From: an uncultured virus (IMG/VR IMGVR_UViG_3300044717_000012)
Lineage: Duplodnaviria; Heunggongvirae; Uroviricota; Caudoviricetes
Length of the DNA: 22,401 bases
Direction: 5' to 3' (one strand)
Virus record (IMG/VR): IMGVR_UViG_3300044717_000012
Position 1 is the first letter of the stretch, and each line of letters starts with the position of its first letter. This document shows positions 6,990-14,053 of this stretch, one piece after another. The position numbers and the translations under genes were made by a program. The notes under the pieces were generated by a model, which saw only the letters and a list, made by a program, of their open reading frames with translations, made no database searches and was not told the DNA's origin.

Positions 6990-7217
6990 TCATCCTCGAA
7001 CAGCCGCGCGAGCTCGGATGACTAGTGCTTTCTCGGTTGCGGTGAGGATGCCGTCCTGTAGGCCCGCTGGCGGGGTGTAGCGCCGGGAGTGACCCGGGCA
7101 CCGGCAGAACCACAGAACATCACCGCTGGGCAGCACGTAGCCGGTACTGCGCCGGTATTCGCACCACCTGCAGTAGCGCCGCTCGATGCAACAGCTCAGC
7201 TGCCGCTCAGAGGCCAC
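6990..7217 (-). CDS. Cys-rich hypothetical protein
   Basis: GTG just after the upstream gene's stop; CC..CRWC..CRCPGH; start uncertain. Confidence 0.5.
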   Translation of the reverse strand: MASERQLSCCIERRYCRWCEYRRSTGYVLPSGDVLWFCRCPGHSRRYTPPAGLQDGILTATEKALVIRARAAVRG

Positions 7218-7218
7218 G

Positions 7219-7371
7219 TCAGGGCAGCGGCAGCGTGTGCACCGGGGCCAGGCCACCGCACGTGAATTCCGTGCAGGGATCTTGCGGCGCCGTAGTGGGT
7301 ATCGCGTAGCCGATCAGAGCTGCCGCGCTCACCGCAGCGATGCAGCCAGCCAGGCCAATCAGGCGTCTCAT
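7219..7371 (-). CDS. Small secreted/membrane peptide
   Basis: MRRLIGLAGCIAAVSAAALIGYA signal-like N-terminus; CTEFTC. Confidence 0.5.
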   Translation of the reverse strand: MRRLIGLAGCIAAVSAAALIGYAIPTTAPQDPCTEFTCGGLAPVHTLPLP

Positions 7372-7486
7372 CACGAGCCCAGAGCCTACGGCACCCGCGC
7401 AACAATCCGGTGCCAAGGTCACGCCAAGGCGGTTGTGCCTGCTCAGAGCTCCCCTTAAAAATCATGAGGAGATCTCGTGTACACCC

Positions 7487-7515
7487 TTGCATACCTCGCA
7501 TGGACCTAGTAACGT
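7487..7515 (+). promoter_or_regulatory. sigma70-type promoter
   Basis: TTGCAT-N17-TAACGT, then GTCAGG 7 nt after the -10, as at 2546 and 3210. Confidence 0.75.
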
Positions 7516-7561
7516 GGTGTTTGTCAGGCAAGAGGGAACACCGCCCAGAAAGGTCAGCCAG

Positions 7562-7804
7562 ATGACCAGCCGTAAAAAAGATGCTTCTCCAATTGTACTA
7601 GATAATATCGTTTCAATTGGGGAACCGTTTATCAGTAAAATTGCAGGAGCTGGTTGGCTTGCTGTCACTGGCCATGTGCGCAGTGATCCTGATCGCCATG
7701 CTACAGTTTTCTTTACAAATCCAGCAAACGCCCGTAAAATTGCTCAAGCACTTATTTCATGGGCTGATGCTGCAGAATCGATTGATCAAGAGATAGTGTC
7801 ATGA
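7562..7804 (+). CDS. Hypothetical protein (AT-richer than flanks)
   Basis: AGAAAGGT RBS; ATGA overlap with the next gene. Confidence 0.7.
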   Translation: MTSRKKDASPIVLDNIVSIGEPFISKIAGAGWLAVTGHVRSDPDRHATVFFTNPANARKIAQALISWADAAESIDQEIVS

Positions 7805-8481
7805 CCAGCGCAGCCGACAACAACACCGAAACGGACCTCAGCCTCACCCGCGAGCGCTGGTTAGAACTGGCCATTGAGACCTACTTTCGCTCTAAGTTCG
7901 AGCAGGTTGGTTTCCCGCTTGCAGCGCGTTTCCACGTGAGCGTGGGATTTGGTTACGGCGCCAAGCGCGAGAATGCCAAATTGCTTGGCCAGTGCTGGTC
8001 ACGGATCCAGAGCGCCGATAGTATCAATCACATCTTTATCTCCCCGGAAATTGACGACACCATGGAGGTGTTGCGCACGCTAGGCCACGAGCTCATCCAC
8101 AGTGCACTAGACTCCGATGAGGGCATTATGGACGGCCACACCAAGCGTTTTGCTGAGATTGCCACCCGGCTGGGTTTCAACGGACCGATGACCCAGACGC
8201 CGGCCAGCATCGAGCTGCAAGCCGACCTGATCACCGTGGCTGCCGCACTGGGTGAGTACCCTCACGGCGCGCTGCGGGTCAACGTACCGGCCCGGGTGAC
8301 CTCGAAAGATCCGGCCTACACAGGTGGCGGGCGCGTCCACGCTGGCCCCCCGCGCCAGAGCAACCGCCACGTCAAGTGCGAGTGCCCGTGCTGCGGTTAC
8401 ACAGTGCGCACCACGCACAAATGGATTGCCGTGGGTGCGCCGCGGTGTCCCGCTGGTACCGAGATGATCCCTGAGCTCTGA
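7801..8481 (+). CDS. SprT-like zinc metalloprotease with C-terminal zinc ribbon
   Basis: HELIH (HExxH) plus downstream GH...F third ligand; KCECPCCGYTVR..W...GAPRCP. Confidence 0.85.
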   Translation: MTSAADNNTETDLSLTRERWLELAIETYFRSKFEQVGFPLAARFHVSVGFGYGAKRENAKLLGQCWSRIQSADSINHIFISPEIDDTMEVLRTLGHELIHSALDSDEGIMDGHTKRFAEIATRLGFNGPMTQTPASIELQADLITVAAALGEYPHGALRVNVPARVTSKDPAYTGGGRVHAGPPRQSNRHVKCECPCCGYTVRTTHKWIAVGAPRCPAGTEMIPEL

Positions 8482-8487
8482 TCGATC

Positions 8488-8520
8488 CGCCCCGGTGGGA
8501 GCTCGCCATCTCACCGGGGC
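8488..8520 (+). terminator. Stem-loop
   Basis: GCCCCGGTG / CACCGGGGC stem after the stop. Confidence 0.55.
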
Positions 8521-8548
8521 ATCCCTTCCAGCTGAGAGTGAGAGCGCT

Positions 8549-9214
8549 ATGGCTAGCGTGATTTATGTCAAGTCCGCACGGCAACGCTACGATGCTGACG
8601 GGATGGTCAAACCGTTACTGACCTGTGACAAATGCACCAAAGAGATTGCAGTGGGCAGCTCCTATAGGCATATGTCAATTAAGATTGGTCCGCGTAGCTC
8701 GCGCAAATTGGTGCGCTGCGATGACTGCCCCGCCTGGCACGTGTGGGAATACTCGAATAGCACCAGTTCTCGTGTCGCGCAAATCGTCTATGAGGCGCAG
8801 GAAGCATTAACTAGTACTGACGATATTGATTCAGCTATGAACATCTTGCAGACGGCAGCGGATGCAGCTCGTGAATTGGCTGACGAAAAACGCGAGGGTG
8901 CCTCAAATATCGAAGATGGTTTCGGGCACTCCACCAGTCAATCTGATGAACTTACCGACCTTGCCGACCAGTTGGAGGAATGGGCCACTAGCTTAGAGAC
9001 AGCCAGTATCCCTGACTACCCAGATCCAGAAGATGCGCAATGCGAGACCTGCGCAGGCTCTGGTGAGATCACTGAGGAGGGTGCCAAGCCTGCGCAGCAA
9101 GCCTGCCCTGACTGCCATGGCAAGGGCTATCCGAATAATCCTACAGAGGAACAGATCGATCAATGGCGGGATGAGCTAATCGAGATTTCCGAACTATCCG
9201 ACAACCCAGTCTGA
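8549..9214 (+). CDS. Hypothetical protein: N-terminal CxxC..CxxC, acidic helical core, DnaJ-type CxxCxGxG pair
   Basis: CDKC/CDDC; CETCAGSG and CPDCHGKG. Confidence 0.8.
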   Translation: MASVIYVKSARQRYDADGMVKPLLTCDKCTKEIAVGSSYRHMSIKIGPRSSRKLVRCDDCPAWHVWEYSNSTSSRVAQIVYEAQEALTSTDDIDSAMNILQTAADAARELADEKREGASNIEDGFGHSTSQSDELTDLADQLEEWATSLETASIPDYPDPEDAQCETCAGSGEITEEGAKPAQQACPDCHGKGYPNNPTEEQIDQWRDELIEISELSDNPV

Positions 9215-9230
9215 GAGTGAGAGAGCATCC

Positions 9231-9566
9231 ATGAGTGACCAGACCGCCTGCATTGTTCAGTCCAAAATCTACAAAGAATACGTTGTGCATATTAGCATCA
9301 CCGATGTAGCCCCGATGGCCGTACCATTCCTTAGTGGTATGTTCCAACCAGACCGCGTCATTATCATCTACAGGAAACCGCCGGATAAGCAGCATTGGCA
9401 TTGCGGAAGTGCTCAGATAGCGGGACTCAGATTGAAAAAAGACGGCACACCCGGTATCCACCGCACTAGGTGGAGCTGTGATGCCTATGCAGGGGACAAC
9501 CCTGATTGGCTAAATGCGCTAATCAATGATTACCACCCAGACTACGCGCCTGAGCTCTACCAGTAA
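9231..9566 (+). CDS. Hypothetical protein, paralog of next gene
   Basis: Shares F.P..II.Y.KP...W...G..LK..G...W....P.WL..I..Y.P with 9578-9889. Confidence 0.8.
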   Translation: MSDQTACIVQSKIYKEYVVHISITDVAPMAVPFLSGMFQPDRVIIIYRKPPDKQHWHCGSAQIAGLRLKKDGTPGIHRTRWSCDAYAGDNPDWLNALINDYHPDYAPELYQ

Positions 9567-9577
9567 GGGAAGTCAGC

Positions 9578-9889
9578 ATGACCGCCGTGACTGCATATCC
9601 GATATCCATCTACGATGAGCGCCGGCTCGCCATGACTCTGGTTGATGCGGAAACCTTACCAGTGCAGGGTGCATCCGGTCGGTTTCTACCAGAGGGCATC
9701 ATCCTGCTCTACGGCAAGCCCAGTAACCAATCCTGGCAGTTGATACGCGCGGAAGTGTACGGGCCTAAGCTGAAAACCGGCGGGGTGCTCTCAGCCGTCC
9801 GGGGTAGTCATTGCTGGTATCCGCCCGACACCAAACCGGAATGGCTGCAATCCATCATTGACATCTACCTACCCGGAACAGGAGAGTAA
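9578..9889 (+). CDS. Hypothetical protein, paralog of previous gene
   Basis: AAGGGA RBS; shared motif pattern. Confidence 0.8.
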   Translation: MTAVTAYPISIYDERRLAMTLVDAETLPVQGASGRFLPEGIILLYGKPSNQSWQLIRAEVYGPKLKTGGVLSAVRGSHCWYPPDTKPEWLQSIIDIYLPGTGE

Positions 9890-9893
9890 AGCA

Positions 9894-10097
9894 ATGGCGG
9901 CGACCAAGTACACAGTGTCCTACACTGAGGTGACCATGCAACCCTACGCCAAGTGCCAGCAGGAGGGATGCTCATGGGAACTGGGCTATAGCAAAGACAC
10001 CACCGCTGCGAAGTGCAAGGCACACGTAGCCGAAACCGGCCACAAGGTACGGCGCATCAAAGAGACAATCGCGGTTTACTACCCAGATGCTGTGTGA
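9894..10097 (+). CDS. Small C2H2-like metal-binding protein
   Basis: AGGAG RBS; CQQEGCSW...AHVAETGH. Confidence 0.75.
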   Translation: MAATKYTVSYTEVTMQPYAKCQQEGCSWELGYSKDTTAAKCKAHVAETGHKVRRIKETIAVYYPDAV

Positions 10098-10141
10098 GCT
10101 ACTGAAACCCCTCACGACTCGCCACGTCAGGAGACAAAACA

Positions 10142-10375
10142 ATGACCAGCGCCACCGCTTCCACCACTCCCTCGCCCTTTCTAGTGGTATGCAGCCATGC
10201 CGACCACCCAGCCCACGCGTGGATTATTGATGCTGAGAGCTCAGAGGTGGCTATCTCGATAGGCCGCTACCGCTACCAGCTCGCAACCGATGTGCTGGTG
10301 CCGGAAAGCATCGAGGTCAGCGCGGTTGCCTACGCTAATCTTCCCGAGATCATGTTTGGAGGCGCACGCGTCTGA
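10142..10375 (+). CDS. Hypothetical protein
   Basis: AGGAG RBS; protein-like composition. Confidence 0.7.
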   Translation: MTSATASTTPSPFLVVCSHADHPAHAWIIDAESSEVAISIGRYRYQLATDVLVPESIEVSAVAYANLPEIMFGGARV

Positions 10376-10387
10376 CAGGAGGTGAAT

Positions 10388-10498
10388 ATGACCGAAAACG
10401 AGGCAGGCCAGCTCCGTGTACACGCGGATTACGACCGGAATCTCAGTGAGGCACTAGTGATCGCTGAGTCACAGGCTGCTGCGAATGAGGAGAGTTAA
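10388..10498 (+). CDS. 36-aa acidic peptide (MTENEAGQLRVHADYDRNLSEALVIAESQAAANEES)
   Basis: AGGAGGTG RBS; last ORF before the terminator. Confidence 0.65.
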   Translation: MTENEAGQLRVHADYDRNLSEALVIAESQAAANEES

Positions 10499-10514
10499 TC
10501 TATCTGAGCACGCC

Positions 10515-10566
10515 AAAATGGCCCCCTATCCACTCCAGCTAACCGGAGAGATAGGGGGCCATCTTT
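10515..10566. terminator. Bidirectional terminator where the two arms converge
   Basis: ATGGCCCCCTATC / GATAGGGGGCCAT 13-bp stem flanked by AAAA and CTTT. Confidence 0.8.
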
Positions 10567-10629
10567 GTTGAGGAGAAACCACCAGAGTGGGAAACGTTGC
10601 GCGGTGCCCACCGTTGGCGGGGGTTGAGC

Positions 10630-10791
10630 TTACAGCACGAGCCAGAGCACCGCACGGGTACACACCGCTACCAGGGTCAGGCAGCTCAGCGCCAGTGCCA
10701 TCCGGCGCCGGGCATGGCGGGAACGCTGCCGCGCGCTGTCTGCACGTGCAGCCGCGAATTCCATTGCACTACGTAGTGCAGGATCGGACAT
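10630..10791 (-). CDS. Possible small C-terminally anchored membrane protein
   Basis: MSDPALRSAMEF...RRRMALALSCLTLVAVCTRAVLWLVL; no clear RBS. Confidence 0.4.
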   Translation of the reverse strand: MSDPALRSAMEFAAARADSARQRSRHARRRMALALSCLTLVAVCTRAVLWLVL

Positions 10792-10951
10792 CAGTGCCCA
10801 AGTGATCACTAATGCGCACGGGGGACCGGTACCGCTACGGCGACGCCGGGGGATTTGCGCTGAATCGTGATCGAGCACACCGGGACAGTATCGGCAAGGT
10901 TAGTAGCAGGTAAGACGCGCAGGGTAATGCACCCGTTGGGGAGGTATCTGG

Positions 10952-12301
10952 TCACAGCGGGACACCGGCCGCCATGGCAGTCCGGGGGTCGGGGTCGGGC
11001 CAGCACTGGGTGTGATTCGCACTGATCTCGTAGGTCCACTCGATCTCGCCTGCACAAATCGCCTCGACTGCAGCGGCTAACGCGTCAACATCCTCACCCG
11101 TGGTGCCCAAGCCAATCGAGCCCCGCACCACGCCGGGTATCCGTTGGTCTCCTGCCGCCTTGGCAGCTCCCAGCGTCCGCGCGGTGATGTCATCGATATC
11201 CAGCAGTTTGGTCACCAGCGGATGGGCACACAGGCAGCCGTGCCGCACGCCGGCCGCCCACTCAGCTGACAGCACGGTAGCGAACTTGGCGTAGCCCACT
11301 TGCTGCGCTGTCCAGCACGACACACCCAGCCGGGAGACCTCGCCGGCCGGCCACATCCGGTGCAGGGTCAACCCGTCCACCTTGGCCAGGCGAGCTTCTA
11401 GCCGGCGGTGCAGCTGCGTTTCTGCGACCTCTAGCCGGGCCATGCCGGCGTGGGTCAGGATCCGGCAGGCCTCACCCAGGGCCACCGCGCCAATGAGGTT
11501 GGGTGAGCCGGCCTCCTGGCGGTCGGGCAGCGACGTCCAGAAAACCTCATCGAGGTGGACGTAATCAACTGCCCCGCCACCGCGGAGCATCGGGGCACCG
11601 GTCTCCAGCCACTGGGCATAGCCGACCAGCGCGCCGCATCCGAACGGCGCGTAGAGCTTGCCGCCGGAAAACGCCATGAAATCAACGCCCCATTGCTCCA
11701 TGTCAAGCATCCGGTGCGGGGCCAGCTGGGCAGCATCGAGCACCGTCTTGGTACCCACCGCGCGGCACATCGCTGCGATCTCGCGGTAGGGCCAGATCTC
11801 GCCGGTTACGTTGCTGGCCGCGGTGATGGCGACCAGATCCACTTGGTAGTGGCGCAGCACGTGAGCGAGGTCGGTCAGCGCATCGGCCGGGTGCGCGGGG
11901 ATGGGTAGCACGTGGTGATGTGCACGCTGCATGCTCAGCAGGGGCGCGTGATGGTCGCTGGCCCAGGAGACCACCCGGGCGCCGGCCGGCAGCGAGTGAG
12001 CGAGCAGGTTAAGCGCATCCGTGGTGTTGCGCGTGAAGATCACGCAGGTGTCCGGCGCCGCGCCCGCGAAGTTGCGGACATGCACCCGGGCTTTTTCGTA
12101 GAGCTCCGTGCAGACCTGCGACTTATACCCGGCACCGCGGTGCACGCTGGAATACCAGGGCAACAACTTCTGCACTGCGATCCAGACCGCGGCGAGGCAC
12201 GGGGTACCGGCGGCATAGTCGAAATTGAGGTACCGCAAGTATTTGCCGGTGACCAGCGGTACGCGGGTGTCATCCCCGATAAGCGCTAATTGATCGTTCA
12301 C
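10952..12301 (-). CDS. Aminotransferase class V PLP enzyme, cysteine desulfurase (SufS/Csd)-like
   Basis: YLNFDYAA.TP, SVHRGAGYKS, FTRNTTDALN, HHA, ASNVTGE, DAAQLAPH, SG.K (PLP Lys), EAGSPN, VRHGCLCAHP (catalytic Cys loop). Confidence 0.93.
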   Translation of the reverse strand: MNDQLALIGDDTRVPLVTGKYLRYLNFDYAAGTPCLAAVWIAVQKLLPWYSSVHRGAGYKSQVCTELYEKARVHVRNFAGAAPDTCVIFTRNTTDALNLLAHSLPAGARVVSWASDHHAPLLSMQRAHHHVLPIPAHPADALTDLAHVLRHYQVDLVAITAASNVTGEIWPYREIAAMCRAVGTKTVLDAAQLAPHRMLDMEQWGVDFMAFSGGKLYAPFGCGALVGYAQWLETGAPMLRGGGAVDYVHLDEVFWTSLPDRQEAGSPNLIGAVALGEACRILTHAGMARLEVAETQLHRRLEARLAKVDGLTLHRMWPAGEVSRLGVSCWTAQQVGYAKFATVLSAEWAAGVRHGCLCAHPLVTKLLDIDDITARTLGAAKAAGDQRIPGVVRGSIGLGTTGEDVDALAAAVEAICAGEIEWTYEISANHTQCWPDPDPRTAMAAGVPL

Positions 12302-12309
12302 AGAGTGCC

Positions 12310-12552
12310 CTAGCTGATTATTTCAATTTGATGGTGCCAATGTGGGCACGGACTCGTGCATAACTTATGCACCCAAGATAGAGTTTTGCCGGGTGAGTGC
12401 GGTACGGGATAAGTAACCCAGCAACAGTATGCAAGATCCATCGGCGTTGTTCTCTCATTTAATTCTTTGGCCACCGCGAAGTTATTAGCCATTCTCTGGA
12501 TGAGAACACGCCGTAATGAAGAATCATTGGCATAACTGATTAAGGTCTCCAT
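12310..12552 (-). CDS. Low-GC hypothetical protein with Cys/His-rich C-terminus
   Basis: ORF fills the gap; CC...HKLCTSPCPHWHH; markedly AT-rich. Confidence 0.6.
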   Translation of the reverse strand: METLISYANDSSLRRVLIQRMANNFAVAKELNERTTPMDLAYCCWVTYPVPHSPGKTLSWVHKLCTSPCPHWHHQIEIIS

Positions 12553-12596
12553 CTGGATAATTCTACTCTCCTAATCTTTTAGTTGTTATCCTGCCC

Positions 12597-13061
12597 CTAG
12601 CTGTTGTGTCTGCGATGCCGTGACGGTTTGCGTCCGTCCGGCCGGATCACCGATAGCGCCAGCACGCTGCACAGTAGCAAGACACCGGCTAAACGGGCCG
12701 GTGCGGTGTAGACCCGCTCAGTGGCACCCGATGCCAACAGCGCGGCGCCTACTGCCGTCACCAGAGCAACCAGGACCATTTTGCAGCGCAGCCAGCGTGG
12801 CCACCCGGTGCGGTAGATCTGTGCCAGTGCAAACCCACTGATGGCCGTGGCCGCGACGCACGGCTCTAGTACCCAGCACGTCAGGACTGCGAGTAGCTGG
12901 TTGATCGAGCCGATTGCGGCCGCATCCACGGGCCGGACCGCCAGGCCTAGATCCAGCGCCAGCGCGCCGGCCACAACACCGATCCAGCCGACCATGCCCA
13001 GTAGGTGGATGGTTAGCCAGATGCCGCGAGCTCGCCGGCTTGCCGGGTGCAACAGCGGCAT
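12597..13061 (-). CDS. Integral membrane protein, DUF2269-like
   Basis: Four hydrophobic segments; WLTIHLLGMVGWIG, ISG..LA, W..CKMVL, LSVIRP pattern. Confidence 0.7.
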   Translation of the reverse strand: MPLLHPASRRARGIWLTIHLLGMVGWIGVVAGALALDLGLAVRPVDAAAIGSINQLLAVLTCWVLEPCVAATAISGFALAQIYRTGWPRWLRCKMVLVALVTAVGAALLASGATERVYTAPARLAGVLLLCSVLALSVIRPDGRKPSRHRRHNS

Positions 13062-13065
13062 GCAT

Positions 13066-13719
13066 CTAGCCGGTAACGGGCAGGTGGTACTCCACAATGC
13101 TCTGTCCCGCTGTAGGTGGCTGACCCGGGATGACAGCGGTTTGCGATTGCAACGCGCCGGCTGTCACGGGACACGTGTACACGTCGCCCAGCACGGCAAT
13201 CACGGCACCCGGTGAGCAGTGCGAGCCGCCCGGTATGAGGCCAATGCCGTTGGCACCCGAGTCCGGGCCGCTACCGGTACCGGGGGAGACCACTGGCCCC
13301 AACGGACCGAGTACCCCCGCGTCGCCTCCGCTGGCTGAGTTGCCGCCGGCTTGGTTTGGGCCGGTTTGTGGCGGTGTCTGGGCAGGAGGGGTAGGTGGCG
13401 GTGGTGTTGCGGTAGCCGGCGGGGGTGCAGGCGGCGCAGCAGGTGCCGGCGCGGGTCGGTTTCTGCCGAGCAACCGATCGAGGATTGTGCGCCGCGGTGC
13501 AGGTGCGGCCGGTGCTGCAGGTGCTGGCGCTGGTGCGGGGGCAGCTTGCGGCGCAATCGCCGTAGGGTCGGGAACGCAGAGCAGGCCCGATGCGGGCAGG
13601 AAATAGCCATCAGCGCACGGAGGCGCCGCGGTAGCGCTGGGTGCAGCGGTGAGCAGGCAGCCGGCGGCCACCGCTGCGATCAGGCCTGAGCTAGCAAGAC
13701 GTCGCATGTGGGTGTGCAC
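13066..13719 (-). CDS. Secreted Pro/Ala/Gly-rich protein
   Basis: Signal peptide MRRLASSGLIAAVAAGCLLTAAPSATA; two Cys pairs flanking a low-complexity linker; start 13719 or 13707. Confidence 0.75.
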   Translation of the reverse strand: MHTHMRRLASSGLIAAVAAGCLLTAAPSATAAPPCADGYFLPASGLLCVPDPTAIAPQAAPAPAPAPAAPAAPAPRRTILDRLLGRNRPAPAPAAPPAPPPATATPPPPTPPAQTPPQTGPNQAGGNSASGGDAGVLGPLGPVVSPGTGSGPDSGANGIGLIPGGSHCSPGAVIAVLGDVYTCPVTAGALQSQTAVIPGQPPTAGQSIVEYHLPVTG

Positions 13720-13742
13720 ACTCCCTCAGTTGGTGGATTACT

Positions 13743-14040
13743 CCCTGCCCCGGGTAACGACTGTCCGTGTGCGGGGATGCGATTGCACGTGCGTGGTAAT
13801 GATCAGGCTGCTACGCTCGCGCTCGCCTCTTGGCACCCCTCCCAAGCGGCGCGGCAGCCCGGCCCTGGCATCCCTACTCACGATGCGCGACACCCCGCCA
13901 GGATCGGACTGTGGGCAGGGCAGCTCCCCCGCACCGGCCGGTCGTGCGCTATCCCCGCGCAGATCACTCCCGGAATACCGACCGGCCGGTGCACCAAACA
14001 CCTACCCCGTGGCCCTGGCAGTAACGTGCTACCAGGGGTA
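13743..14040. ncRNA. Candidate structured non-coding RNA/leader (unknown family)
   Basis: Intergenic ~330 nt with nested stems and a 14-bp perfect hairpin; no convincing ORF. Confidence 0.35.
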
Positions 14041-14053
14041 TCAGCCCAGAGAC

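Noticed and set aside
10567..10950. tRNA or other RNA gene in the convergence gap
   Set aside because: No cloverleaf, T-loop GTTCRA or CCA end recognisable; only short palindromes
12302..14053. SAM-IV riboswitch expected upstream of this desulfurase family in actinomycetes
   Set aside because: Only a short GGCGGGGTG resemblance; the conserved core (AUGAG...GGCAACC) is not found; needs cmscan
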